NCBI GenBank assembly: GCA_964016885.1
Contig: OZ024745.1
Span: 23,312,001-23,376,000, forward strand
From: Eledone cirrhosa
Lineage: Eukaryota
DNA length: 64,000 nucleotides
Reading direction: 5' to 3'
How positions within the stretch are numbered: position 1 is the stretch's first letter; the number at the start of each line of letters is the position of its first letter. Made by a program: the position numbers and the translations under genes. Below are positions 30,132 to 43,717 of this stretch, one piece after another. The notes under the pieces are model-generated. The model saw only the letters and a program-made list of their open reading frames with translations, was not told the DNA's origin and did not search any database.

Positions 30132-30199
30132 TATATATATGTTAGACCTCTATTTTTTTAAATATATATATACATATATATATATATATATGTATATAT

Positions 30200-30393
<194 letters not shown>

Positions 30394-30408
30394 GTATATA
30401 TATACATG

Positions 30409-30486
<78 letters not shown>

Positions 30487-30600
30487 TTGAAAAAAATGAA
30501 AACGAAATTTCATTATTTCTCACTCTTAGTATGGCACTTACTTAAATGTAAGTATGTATGTATACGTACATACATATATGTATACAGACGTACAGTAGCA

Positions 30601-30672
<72 letters not shown>

Positions 30673-30848
30673 CATACATATACACATATGCATACAGGTA
30701 CACATACATATATGCACGCATCAGTTTAGCTGACGTTTATTATAACGCCTGCTTTGCTCGTTTGTTTGTCAACAAATCGAACAGCCTGAATTTATGCCAT
30801 ACGGTGTTAAGGCAACCAAGTCACCTTTTTGTTCAACACTGACACAGG

Positions 30849-30893
30849 AACGATGTACTAGTTTCAAGCTTGTTAGCTATCATCAGCACCGTT
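30849..30893 (-). ncRNA. Minimal type I hammerhead ribozyme
   Basis: Reverse complement of the 31256 motif. Confidence 0.85.
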
Positions 30894-31134
30894 TACCCAT
30901 CTGCCAGATAGTTGAACGTTCGAAAGTATATACTTTCCTTATGAAAATTAACGGCTGAGCAGCCTAATTTGCATATTGAGTGAGTTAAATCGGTCAGGCA
31001 TACCGAAAACGATAAGTTGAAAAAAATGAAAACGAAATTTCATTTCTCACTCTTAGTATGGCACTTACTTAAATGTAAGTATGTATGTATACGTACATAC
31101 ATATATGTATACAGACGTACAGTAGCATGCATAT

Positions 31135-31165
<31 letters not shown>

Positions 31166-31255
31166 CACATATGCATACAGGTACACATACATATATGCAC
31201 GCATCAGTTTAGCCGACGTTTATTATAACGCCTGCTTTATAATAAACGTCGGGTA

Positions 31256-31300
31256 AACGGTGCTGATGATAGCTAACAAGCTTGAAACTAGTACATCGTT
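31256..31300 (+). ncRNA. Minimal type I hammerhead ribozyme
   Basis: aacggtg CTGATGA t agc taacaa gct t GAAA ctag TA catcgtt: 7-bp stem I, palindromic stem III ACUAGU, GUA site. Confidence 0.87.
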
Positions 31301-31472
31301 CCTGTGTCAGCGTTGAACAAAAAGGTGACGTGGTTGCCTTAACACCGTATGGCATAAATTCAGGCTGTTCGATTTGTTGACAAACAAACGAACAAAGCAG
31401 GCGTTATAATAAACGTCGGCTAAACTGATGCGTGCATATATGTATGTGTACCTGTATGCATATGTGTATATG

Positions 31473-31530
<58 letters not shown>

Positions 31531-31764
31531 TGCTACTGTACGTCTGTATACATATATGTATGTACGTATACATACATACTTACATTTAAGTAAGTGCTAT
31601 ACTAAGAGTGAGAAATGAAATTTCGTTTTCATTTTTTTCAACTTATCGTTTTCGGTATGCCTGACCGATTTAACTCACTCAATACGCAAATTAGGCTGCT
31701 CAGCCGTTAATCTTCATAAGGAAAGTATATACTTTCGAACGTTCAACTATCTGGCAGATGGGTA

Positions 31765-31809
31765 AACGGTGCTGATGATAGCTAACAAGCTTGAAACTAG
31801 TACATCGTT
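31765..31809 (+). ncRNA. Minimal type I hammerhead ribozyme
   Basis: Identical to 31256-31300, 509 bp downstream. Confidence 0.87.
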
Positions 31810-31981
31810 CCTGTGTCAGTGTTGAACAAAAAGGTGACGTGGTTGCCTTAACACCGTATGGCATAAATTCAGGCTGTTCGATTTGTTGACAAACAAACGA
31901 ACAAAGCAGGCGTTATAATAAACGGCGGCTAAACTGATGCGTGCATATATGTATGTGTACCTGTATGCATATGTGTATATG

Positions 31982-32020
<39 letters not shown>

Positions 32021-32072
32021 GCTACTGTACGTCTGTATACATATATGTATGTACGTATACATACATACTTAC

Positions 32073-32226
<154 letters not shown>

Positions 32227-32227
32227 A

Positions 32228-32430
32228 TGGCCTAGTGGTAAGCTTGTTGGACTTACGATGGTGTGTTCGATTCCTGGGTTGTGTGTTGTGTTCTGGAGCA
32301 AAACACTTCATTTCACGTTGCTCCAGTTTACTCACCTGAAAACGAGTACCAGTAAGAGATGTGGATGTAACCCTGCGATGGACAGGTGTCCTGTCCAGTG
32401 GGGAATCTAATACTCCCAGTCACTTCACGT
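32228..32430 (+). mobile_element. SINE family 2
   Basis: tggcctagtggt...gttcgattcc...tgtgttctggagcaaaacacttcatttcacgttgctccag. Confidence 0.65.
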
Positions 32431-32479
32431 CACAAAAATCGTGAGTGTTTACATGTATAAAAAAAGAATAACCCGCTCC

Positions 32480-32765
32480 CTTCAGACCATGGGACTTGCA
32501 CCTAGAAAGTTCCTCACCGAGGTACAATTCCGGACTGTTTGAGGAAGACTAGCAGTCACTCATGCATACCAATCTCTCCCTCCATGCAGCCGATGTGGTC
32601 AAAGAAAATACAGCTCGCCACCAGTGACGTCGTAACTCATTTCTTCATTTGAGTGAACTGGAGCAACGTGAAATAAAGTTTCTTTCTCAAGAGCCAACAC
32701 AGAGCCCAGTCCTGGAATCGAACTTACAACATCATAACTGTAAGCTTGACGCTCTAGCCGCTACC
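32480..32765 (-). mobile_element. SINE family 2 with a different tail
   Basis: tgagtgaactggagcaacgtgaaataaagt...ggaatcgaactt. Confidence 0.55.
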
Positions 32766-32769
32766 AACA

Positions 32770-32931
32770 TCGATAGAAGGCCGGACACCATGCTTTGCAA
32801 CATAGAGTTACGGTCTGAGTTCAAATCCCACCGAGGTTAACTTTGCTTTTCATCCTTACTGGGTTGATAGAATAAAGCACCAGTAATACACTGGGATAAT
32901 TGGTGGCCTTGTGCCAAAAGTAGAAACAATT
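32770..32931 (+). mobile_element. SINE family 1
   Basis: Matches 100-290. Confidence 0.75.
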
Positions 32932-32983
32932 ATATATATATATATATATATAACGAAGGAATTGTGGTAAGGAACCAGATGGA

Positions 32984-33145
32984 CCATAACGCACCAAAGT
33001 ACTCAATACTTAGTGTAGTAGAGTGGGTAATAGGAACAAGTATGACCCCGACGGCAGAGTTCAAGCCGTTTCGACGGCTATTTCTGGACTGAAATAGCCG
33101 TCGAAACGGCTTGAGATCTGCCGTCGGGGTCATACTTGTTCCTAT
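32984..33145. repeat. Dispersed hairpin element (hairpin 33030-33145)
   Basis: About 55-bp near-perfect arms with 6-nt loop; homologous to 36259-36425 and a single arm at 17226-17282. Confidence 0.85.
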
Positions 33146-33189
33146 ATTTATATATATATGTATGTATATATATATGTATGTATGTATGT

Positions 33190-33580
33190 ATGTATAGTAT
33201 ATTTAGCAATATACTGTATGTTTAATTAAAAACATTTAGAAGACCATACGCTATCGGTTTTAAAGTAGTGACTATGTCACTTACTTCTTTTCGGCGAAAG
33301 AAGGGAGAGTAGCTGACAGTCTGTTTCACGCTGGTTGGCGATCATCAGAGCCACGCATCTCCTGCTTCCGCCGAAAATTATAGAAGCTGGATTCTTATAG
33401 AATTCCAGTAATAATCCGGAGCTGATGGTCACCAACCAGCGTGAAACAGGCTGTTAGTTTATCCCCTTTCTTTCGCCGAAAAGAAGTAAGTGACATAGTC
33501 ACTACTTTAAAAATGATAGCGTATGGTCTTCTAAATGTTTTTAATTAAACATACGGTATATTGCTAAATATACTATACAT
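33190..33580. mobile_element. Fold-back element with about 160-bp arms, each carrying a hammerhead motif
   Basis: Arms 33190-33348 and 33422-33580, about 73-bp spacer, TA-rich microsatellite flanks. Confidence 0.85.
33309..33354 (-). ncRNA. Minimal type I hammerhead ribozyme
   Basis: gtggct CTGATGA t cgc caacca gcg t GAAA cag a ctg TC agctac: 6-bp stem I, GUC site; partner at about 33416-33460 has A9G. Confidence 0.85.
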
Positions 33581-33616
33581 AGATTCATGTATACATCGCT
33601 ATTTCAGAGCACCAAT

Positions 33617-33661
<45 letters not shown>

Positions 33662-33985
33662 CTAAAGACTTTAACTGAGAAACCCCGTTACAGAACATGA
33701 TTATATCAGCAGAGCAAAGTTAACCACATGTTTGTTTCCAACCATTCTGCTCATAGTTCTGTGACTGAATACAATAAGCTTTACTACTGCATCTATATCA
33801 ATAGAGACCCCCTCAAAAATAAAAAAGACCCATATATTATTGATTCCAAAAAACCGCCATTAAAGCTTCGGGAAACCTTTTACAATGAGACAGCACTAGG
33901 AAAGGATCTGATCATTGTGTTGTGGTACGAGGGTCGATAGAATATTACTCATATGTATGTTTAAAAGAATACCAAACTGTTATAG

Positions 33986-34347
33986 TACGAGGGTTGGCGG
34001 AAAAGGAGTGATGCTAAAGGTGTGAAATTTTGCATACATTAATTTCAACTCCCAGAACGGTGGATTGGCAATATCGGTAGAGCGTCGGACAAAATGCTTT
34101 GCAGTATTTAGTTATGGCCATTTACGTTCTGAGCTCAAATCTCGCCGAGGTTAAAATAAAGTACCTGTAACGTACTGGATGGATTTGACGACTTCCCCTC
34201 CTCCAAAATTGTTGACCTTTTGCCTACTGTAGAAATCATTAATAACTGCATTGTTTCCTTCTCGTGATATGTTGAGAAATAAACCTCATTTGGTCATTCC
34301 ATGAGAGTATCTTGGTCAGTCTATAAATGTTTCGACCGACCCTCGTA
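33986..34347 (-). mobile_element. Mariner-type MITE interrupted by SINE family 1 (about 34056-34238, +)
   Basis: tacgagggttggcggaaaag ... ttcgaccgaccctcgta; SINE splits ttcaactc|attaataactgc. Confidence 0.75.
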
Positions 34348-34756
34348 ACCTACACGAAACTGGTTTGCTATATTCCGATAAAAACCTTGAATCTATAAAA
34401 TGAAAACACCCGCCTGGTAGAAAAGTACAGACCCTTTGTTTCCCTAAACATTACGTATAAGCTACACACCAGCTGTTTCAACTAATACCCCATGCCATTA
34501 CTTGGCCCCAAACCCAGCCTTCCCTATTGACGTAAATAATAAACAAACAGGTGAAATGAAGGGTGTGTGTGTGTACTGAAAGACGTTTAATTAATGAAGC
34601 TGTGTTGCCTGAAGTAAACACAGTAGAAACATTAGAAATATTATGGCAGTGGAGCTTAATTATAAAAGGTTAATTACAAATAGACGTTTGACACTATTCC
34701 TCACTGGAAGACACCCTCTCTCTCACTCTCTACGTGTGAGTGTGTGTGTGTGTGTA

Positions 34757-34818
<62 letters not shown>

Positions 34819-34864
34819 AATATGGTAGATTTATCTGTATATATATATATATATATACATACAT

Positions 34865-34897
<33 letters not shown>

Positions 34898-34917
34898 CAT
34901 ACATACACACACATACA

Positions 34918-34987
<70 letters not shown>

Positions 34988-34996
34988 TCTATCCCT

Positions 34997-35049
<53 letters not shown>

Positions 35050-35160
35050 GATACACACATACGCACATATATATTGGCGCAGGCGTGACTGCGTAGTTAA
35101 GAAGTCTGTGAGATAAATGTTGTCAGTGGATAGATACTGCACGGAAGCTCCTCGTGTGTG

Positions 35161-35249
<89 letters not shown>

Positions 35250-35708
35250 CCAAATCAGGAACTTCCTACTCCTGTTGCAGGAACCACTCCCAGGTTGAAT
35301 TTCACTGCTTTCTGTTTTGTTCATGTAAGGAGTGTGGCCGTGCTCCCCACGCTTGGCCAATTGCGGTTTGGTGACACAATTTAACCTATAGCTGGGTAGG
35401 ATGGTCGTTGACTCATCCACCCTATTTACTGCTCATGTACTTTTTGCTGCTTGGGTTCCACGTAGCCTCTTCACCAGACCAGTGTCTGGTGAGGGAGCCG
35501 ACTTAGTCGCCGACCATTCGACTATATATATATATAGTTTTGTCTATATTGTATCTGTATTTTTGACCGTTGGTCAGTCAATGGTAACATTGAGGACCGA
35601 ATAAATTAAATTAACCGATATAAAAGACACAGAAGCGAAAACCAACCAACAGTGAGTGTGTTCTGTTATTAATTCTGGCAATATTATTACACAATTATGA
35701 CCCTCCCC

Positions 35709-35745
<37 letters not shown>

Positions 35746-35797
35746 ATATCAAACGAAAAATCAGTGATGCATCTGGACTTAGTTTATTGTGTGATTG

Positions 35798-35887
35798 TGT
35801 GTTACAATTGTTTCGCCGGCTGATAGCTCGAGACACGATCATTGTATGGATCTGTCTGATTCTAGATCTGCAAATTCTTCAGACACA
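35798..35887 (-). ncRNA. Candidate hammerhead with enlarged stem II domain
   Basis: tgtgt CTGAAGA [about 60 nt] GAAA caattg TA acaca; core, stem I and stem III intact; base of stem II pairs poorly. Confidence 0.55.
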
Positions 35888-36258
35888 TGCAATACTTTCA
35901 GAAAAAATGTTCTCACTGGGGTGTTAGCTTCAAAAAACATCTTCCTCTCTTGTCTTGCTATTGGCTGTTGTTTTTCTACGTCATCATAAATTCTGGTCAA
36001 TATTTGCTGCCATACTGGCCATCAGCTACTCTCCGTCCGACACACTTCAATGGACTCATGGTGAGGTTTGGTATTTCACAAGTCCGCTCACACACACATA
36101 TATACACACACATACACACACACATATATACACATACACATACACACACACACGCACATATACATATATACGCATACACATATGTACACACACATATGTA
36201 CATATACACACCCATATACATATACACACACACACACCCAGAGTGCTCAACTGGCATA

Positions 36259-36425
36259 CCATAACGCACCAGAGTACTCAATACTTAGGGTAGTAGAGTG
36301 GGTAATAGGAAATTGTTCAAGACACCGACGGCAGAGCTCAAGCCGTTTCGACGGCTATTTCAGATCCAGAAATAGCCGTCGAAACGGCTTGAGCTCTGCC
36401 GTCGGGGTCTTGAACAATTTCCTAT
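36259..36425. repeat. Dispersed hairpin element, second copy (hairpin 36305-36425)
   Basis: Same leader ccataacgcacc...gagtgggtaatagg as 32984. Confidence 0.85.
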
Positions 36426-36652
36426 ATATACATTAGAATGAAAGTGAGTAAAATCGAAGTTGCAGCATCGGCTGGCATCCCTCGAAAGAACAATATTCAG
36501 AGCTTTGTACGAAGAACTCAATAAGAAGATATCAATAAATCGATAAGTTACATCTCAGAGTAATAAACATACGTTAAAGGTGTGACAAATTGAAAATTGG
36601 TTAAAGGGAGAAAACCACAGAAGCCACTACAACAACGAAAATACAAGCAGGT

Positions 36653-36699
<47 letters not shown>

Positions 36700-36834
36700 G
36701 GGGTATTTAATTTGTTGGAAATCCGACAAATATAAATATAAATGTTTATAACTGACTTAGAACACTCAACAGTTTACTGGAGTAAATATTCAATGATATT
36801 AAATAAATGGAAACTATATTTATAAAACCATATT

Positions 36835-36897
36835 TATTTAATTATATATATTTCAAGGGTACCAAAACACATTGGTACGCTATCTTCAGATAAAATA
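36835..36897 (-). ncRNA. Type I hammerhead ribozyme, long stem II
   Basis: Inverted partner of 37810-37872, differing around loop II. Confidence 0.75.
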
Positions 36898-37809
36898 CAA
36901 AATTTGTTTTATAAATAGAGACATACCCAGGAAAATCATACCTTATCAGTTGGATATTCTCTGGATAGTGGAAATGTATTAGGGATTTTTCAAACTTATG
37001 GGTGAATATGCAAATGAATAATAAAAACAACCGTTTATTTAAACGACTATGGAGAGAAAGAAGAGAGAAGAGAAGAAGGACAAAAAAGTGTGTCAGAGAG
37101 AGAGAGAGAGAAAGAGAGAAGAAGGAAAAAACTGAAGATGATTGAAAACTCATATAACGTTAATTTAAGGGAAATATATTCGGACAATTACCTATGTTTA
37201 TATATAAATATATATCTTAATATTATGTATAGTTATATTAAAAGGATATATACGATTATCAGTTGTTTAAAATTTGTTTATAATATAATATTTTTCATTC
37301 GTTTATAAGTAGATAAATAAATAAATAAATAAATATATAGATGGATATATCATGTTATAGATATTTCTTCAAATGAGATATGAGGGATATTTGTTTTGTA
37401 TTTTATGTAAATAAATTAAATTAAATTAAATTAAATTAACTGAGTTAAGTAAGAATATTTATATTTATATTTATATGATTAAAAGGGAAGATAAGGAAAA
37501 AACTCCGGTTTTTTTTATTTGTGTGAGACTATTTAGTCAAAATAAGTATGGATGTTTAAGATACATTTAGCCAGAATCAGTTAGTGGTTATTGATCTATT
37601 GAAAAAATATTGAAAAGATATTGAGAAAATATTGAAAAGATATTGAATAGTCGTTTAAATAAACGGTTGTTTTTCAATTATTTACATATTCATTTGCATA
37701 TTCACCCATAAGTTTGAAAAATCCCTAATACATTTCCACTATCCAGAGAATATCCAACTGATAAGGTATGATTTTCCTGGGTATGTCTCTATTTATAAAA
37801 CAAATTTTG

Positions 37810-37872
37810 TATTTTATCTGAAGATAGCGTACCAAAGTCTTTTGGTACCCTTGAAATATATATAATTAAATA
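37810..37872 (+). ncRNA. Type I hammerhead ribozyme, long stem II
   Basis: tattttat CTGAAGA tagc gtaccaaa gtct tttggtac cctt GAAA tatata TA attaaata; stem I pairs 7 of 8. Confidence 0.75.
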
Positions 37873-38004
37873 AATATGGTTTTATAAATATAGTTTCCAT
37901 TTATTTAATATCATTGTATATATATATATATATATATTATAAATGAAAGAAATCCTTGATATAATAAAATATATTGAAAAACTATGAGATTGACTTTTCT
38001 TTGA

Positions 38005-38210
38005 TGATCAAGGCCAGCAATTTGAAGGAAGGGGAAACCGATTAAATCAACCCAGTGCGTTACTGGTACTTTATTTAATCGACCCCTCCCCTCGTTAGGA
38101 TGAAAAGCAAAGCTAACCTCGATGGAATTTGAACTTAGAATGTAGAGGGCTGCAACTGGATACCCCAAAATATGCTGTCCGACGCTCTAACGACTCTGCC
38201 AATCCACCTC
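38005..38210 (-). mobile_element. SINE family 1
   Basis: caaggccagcaattt...ttactggtactttattt...gaatttgaactt...ctgccaatccacc. Confidence 0.7.
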
Positions 38211-38376
38211 TCTTGTTTTATAATATATTAGCAGTGTTTAGTGATTTCTCTTTCTGCCAGGAGTTGCGATAATAGCAGCAATTGGAAAGATCAATGGAGA
38301 CATTGTCTCCTTGCTTCGATACAACGAGTTCCAACCCACTCGGTAAGCGAATGAGGTCTGAAATTTTGTCGATCAA

Positions 38377-38409
<33 letters not shown>

Positions 38410-39146
38410 CTTTAGTGATGAAAATCTTTAAAAGAGACTGTGATCAGAGGTTAGAGGTTCTTGCATAAAACAATTTTCAAACTGGTATTTTTTATATTTG
38501 TATTCCATTAATATAGTTTTGGCATACATCTAGGGTTAGGGTGGGTGTGGTGGGGTGTGGTGGGGTGCGGTGCGGTGAGGTGTAGTGGGGTGAGATGTAA
38601 TGGGGATGGGGTGTATTCTTGGATGGGGTGGTTTTTTTGAGATCAAATGAAATCAATTAAAAATAAAAACAAATATCAATAAAATAAAATGAAATAAAAT
38701 TAAAAAAATTAAAATTTAGATAAATTTCCAGATGTTTTAGGGAACGGTCATTTCAATGAATGTTAGAACAGAAATACACACACACACAAATGAACACACA
38801 CACATACACATACACACACACACATATACAAACAAACACACACACATGAACACACACGCAAACATACACACACACACGAACACACACACGAACACACATA
38901 CACACAAACATTCACATACACACAAACATTCACATACACACAAACATTCACATACACGCAAACATTCACATACACACAAACACATGAACACACATAGGGA
39001 CGAAGACAAACACACTAACTCACATACACTCACAAACAAACATACTCACGCACTCACACGCACACACGCAAACACACATGCACGAACACTCATTCAAATA
39101 CACACACACACGTACAACCACGTACACTCACACATATACACATATA

Positions 39147-39390
39147 TACGAGCGTCGACTGAAAAGTTCATAGGCTGACTATGAAGGAGTGATGCTAGAG
39201 CTGTGAAATCTTGCATGCATTATTTTCAACTCTTCTTATTAACAACTGCATTGTTTCTTTCCAGGGTCTATGTTGAAAAATAAACCTCATTTGGTCATTC
39301 CATGAGAGTATCTTGGTCAGCAAGATTTCACAGCTCTAGCACCATTCCTAGCTCATAGTCAGCCTGTAAACTTTTCTTCCGATCTTCGTA
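39147..39390. mobile_element. Mariner-type MITE, rearranged (same end at both termini)
   Basis: 39321-39390 is an inverted copy of 39147-39213. Confidence 0.7.
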
Positions 39391-40016
39391 CTTTATCGAC
39401 TCACGGAACAACGACTAAAGAGCTAAAAATCAACCTCGGGTGCGATTGAAAACCGGATCCTACACACACAAACAAATACCTAACTACGTACACAAAACAA
39501 TTTAGTCTAACACCACACTCCTACTCCTACCAGACACCTCCATTTCACTTCCACCCCCTCTTCCTTCTTACTAACATCTAACTATAATATCGATAACAAT
39601 AAAATCTTTTAACCCACCCCTGCATGCACAAGAGAAAACCATTTATATTTATTGATTAAAATACCGAAACAAATAAAATAAAACAAACCCACATAAAAAA
39701 CAAACAAACCCACAAACAAACAGATAAACAAAGAAACTGCTACATTCTTCCAACCCAAAACAAATATTTGTAAATATTCTATTAAAATATTCAACATAAA
39801 GAGACAGTTATAACTGTAGACTATTATTGTTTTTGTGATGGTCACGTATTATATTTTTCTCGAAACTAATAAAGCAGCATTTAAAAACGAATGTTTTCAC
39901 TGCCGAAAATTAAAAGAAGAATATTCTCTGTTAGTGTTGATGGATGTACGACTGTGTATTATTGTTATTATTGGTGTGGTTGTGTGTATCTGGTTGTTAT
40001 ACTTCATTAGATGTCT

Positions 40017-40135
<119 letters not shown>

Positions 40136-40193
40136 GTGTGTGTATATATGTATATATGTATGTATGAATGTATATATATATATATATATATAC

Positions 40194-40259
<66 letters not shown>

Positions 40260-40310
40260 GTATGTGTGTGTGTGTGTATATATGTATATATGTATGTATG
40301 AATGTATATG

Positions 40311-40341
<31 letters not shown>

Positions 40342-40453
40342 ATATATGTGTATATATATATATATGTACATATATATATATACATATATATATATATACA
40401 TATATATATATATTTATATACATACATATATATATATATTTTTTTATATATAT

Positions 40454-40484
<31 letters not shown>

Positions 40485-40505
40485 CATTCATATGTACATG
40501 CATAC

Positions 40506-40546
<41 letters not shown>

Positions 40547-40759
40547 CGTGTGTATCTGGTTGTTCATTTTCTATTTGAGTGTCTGAAACAAAACACGACC
40601 ATTTCTTTCTCCAAAACTAATGAATTTACAAACAAGAGAAAAAACAACACAACCTTAAAACTTGTACACAACCACACAAACAAACACATATATGTATTGT
40701 TATACATACATATGTATGGCTTTCTATATATATATATATGTTAATGTACACATATAACC

Positions 40760-40938
40760 AGGTAGTATTGGTAGAAGGTCGGACACCATGCCTCGCAGCA
40801 TTGAGGTACGGCCCTTTACGGTCTGAGTTCAAATCCCGCCGAGATTAGCTTTGCCTTTCATCCTTATGGGGTCGATAAAATAAAGTACCAGTAATGCACT
40901 GAGATAATTGATGTCCTTGTGCCAAAAGTAGAAACGAT

Positions 40939-40940
<2 letters not shown>
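40760..40940 (+). mobile_element. SINE family 1
   Basis: Matches 100-290. Confidence 0.75.
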
Positions 40941-40998
<58 letters not shown>

Positions 40999-41024
40999 AT
41001 TATATACATACATACACACTCACA

Positions 41025-41289
41025 TACGAGGGTCGGCTGAAAAGTTAAAAGGGCGGTGCCCCAGCATAGCCTCAGCCGGATGGCTGGAACAGGTAAAAGA
41101 GCAAAAGTGTAAAGGCCTATCAAGATACTCTCATGGTATGACCAAATTAGGTTTATTTTTCAACATTGACTCTGGAAAGAAACAATGCAGTTATTGATAA
41201 CAAGAGTTGAAAATAATGCATGCAAGAGTTCACAGCTCTAGCATCATTCCATTATAGTCAGCCAAAGACATTTTCAGCTGACCCTTGCA
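41025..41289 (+). mobile_element. Mariner-type MITE with about 60-bp insertion
   Basis: tacgagggtcggctgaaaagtt ... ttttcagctgacccttgca. Confidence 0.7.
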
Positions 41290-41321
41290 TATATAATTTT
41301 ACCCACCCCCATATATATATG

Positions 41322-41403
<82 letters not shown>

Positions 41404-41441
41404 ATATTAACAAATGGAAACTATATTTATAAAACCATATT

Positions 41442-41507
41442 TATTCCATTATACATATTTCAAGGGCCACCAAGGCAGATTATGGTGCGCTTTCATCAGA
41501 TAAAATA
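41442..41507 (-). ncRNA. Type I hammerhead ribozyme, long stem II
   Basis: tattttat CTGATGA aagcg cacca taatctgcct tggtg gccctt GAAA tatgta TA atggaata; 8-bp stem I including G-U pairs. Confidence 0.75.
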
Positions 41508-41623
41508 TAATATACCTTAGTTTTATAAATAAATATTGACATACCCTGAACAATGCAGCCATCACGGTTGGAGTCTCCTGGATATTTTGATTGTTGTATC
41601 CCAACAAATTAAATACAACCTCT

Positions 41624-41657
<34 letters not shown>

Positions 41658-41863
41658 GTGTGAGAAAAACCACAGACCCTCCATCTCAACTCTACTTTTG
41701 AAAAGCAGAAGAACTGCGAAACCGGTAAAGGAACCAAATAAATATATATATTTTTAAAAAAAATAAGACTTCAGTTGCATTTTCGATTTCATCCCTTTTT
41801 CTTTATACTTCCACTCGTGTAGGACACCTCGGTTATTTTTCATTTTGTAAAAAAAAACCTCAC

Positions 41864-41984
<121 letters not shown>

Positions 41985-42008
41985 CATATATACATACATA
42001 TATATACA

Positions 42009-42886
42009 TACGAGGTGGGTCAGAAAAGTTCCAGGACTGATGTCACAAAAGATTTATTTCAAACCCCAACTTCACACTAAGAGTTTTCTCCTTCAAAGTA
42101 ATCCCCCTGGAGTCTAATACACCTTTCCATCCTTTTCTACCACGCTTGCATGCACTCCTGGAAGGCTTCCGGGATCACGGCCTTTTTGATGTCGTCCATC
42201 GCTTCAAAACGGGTCCCCTCCGAGTCGTACTCGAAGATCCAGGACTCATCACCGGTGATAACTGTCCCTAACAAGTCTGGTTCGGTTTCAAGGCGCTCGA
42301 GGAACCCTGGCACACTTGCATGCGTCGACCCTTCTCGTCATCGTTCAGTAGTTTTGGCACCATCTTCGAGCAGACTTTCCGCATGTCCAAATCTTCAGTG
42401 AGAATCTTCCAGACGTTGTCCCGATTCATGCCCAGCTCATTTGCCATCAGTCGAACAGTCAGCCGACGATCGCTACGCACCATCTGCCTGACGCGCTCAA
42501 GGTTGACCTCAGTCCTGGTTGTTGAGGGCCTTCCGCTCTTGGGGTCATCTTCCACGTCCTCGCGTCCTTCTTTAAACCTCTTGTACCACTCAAAAACACG
42601 TGAGCGTGACATCGTCTCATCTCCATACACTTGCTGCAGCCATCCCAGTGCTTCTGACGGAGTTTTCAAGTTTGTTCGTTGCTCTGTGCTCATTGCTTGA
42701 CGACCTGAAACAGAGGTAATGTATATAAAATTATGAAGAAAAAAGTTTGTTCGATGCAGAGAGCTAAGGTTACAGTTACATACTCCAGGGGGATTACTTT
42801 GAAGGAGAAAACTCTTAGTGTGAAGTTTGGGTTTGAAATAAATCTTTTGTGACATCAGTCCTGGAACTTTTCTGACACACCTCGTA
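42009..42886 (-). mobile_element. Internally deleted Tc1/mariner DNA transposon
   Basis: About 103-bp TIRs (42011-42113 / 42782-42884), TA target duplication. Confidence 0.92.
42077..42693 (-). pseudogene. Mariner transposase remnant
   Basis: VYGDETMSRSRVFEWYKRFKEGREDVEDDPKSGRP (HTH), MVPKLL (WVPHEL-like), frameshift, VITGDESW, large deletion, GDYFEG end. Confidence 0.92.
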
Positions 42887-42896
42887 TATATACATA

Positions 42897-42957
42897 GATT
42901 CTGATGAGGACGTACTGAAAAAACAGCACAGTACCTTCGAAATATATATAATAAAAC
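42897..42957 (+). ncRNA. Hammerhead core with damaged 5' strand of stem I
   Basis: CTGATGA ggac gtactg [11 nt] cagtac cttc GAAA tatata TA ataaaac. Confidence 0.55.
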
Positions 42958-43100
42958 ATATATTTTGATTACGTGAATGTCTTCATTTATTAATATTTTA
43001 AATAATATTAATAACTCCACAAAACTTCTTTGTAGAGTGCTTTTAATCGATTGTAAAACTATATTCATTGAGTAATCAATGAACCATATTAATCTTTGAT

Positions 43101-43227
<127 letters not shown>

Positions 43228-43678
43228 ATATATATATATATATATGCGTGTGTGTAGGTATGTATATGTGTGCATATTTTCTCGTTAAACTTTCCCCAAG
43301 GCCAATAATTACGAATTCAAACATATACGGCTTTACTGGACGGAGGAATATACAATATGAGAACATGCGTTCAATGTTGTCCAGTTTGATATAGTAGAAC
43401 TCTACCTTTCAATCAACAATCACACTTCCACAAAGGCGTTGTGCTTGACGTAAAATTTATCATTATGAGATATACGTACATAATTGTGCACCCGCGGAAT
43501 TCATTTTCATCCTGTAATGATTTCTTCTGCGTAGGGAAAGAAATCGGTAAACTAATTTACATTAGTATGGGTGGCAACGAATGACCAGAAATGTGACCTA
43601 GTGGGTCTGTACGTTCTCGTTACATCGAGAAAATATATTCGGTTACTTGTATATAACATTATGTGATATATATATATA

Positions 43679-43717
<39 letters not shown>

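Larger units (their letters stand above)
30482..32072. mobile_element. Non-autonomous hammerhead-bearing element: about 510-530-bp units in tandem and inverted arrangement
   Basis: Left arm unit 30482-31011 plus partial 31012-31237; right arm 31251-32072 is the reverse complement with 509-bp period; no credible ORF. Confidence 0.85.
36791..37916. mobile_element. Fold-back element with about 260-bp arms carrying hammerheads
   Basis: Arms 36791-37050 and 37647-37916, about 600-bp AT-rich spacer; homologous to 41410-41625. Confidence 0.85.
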
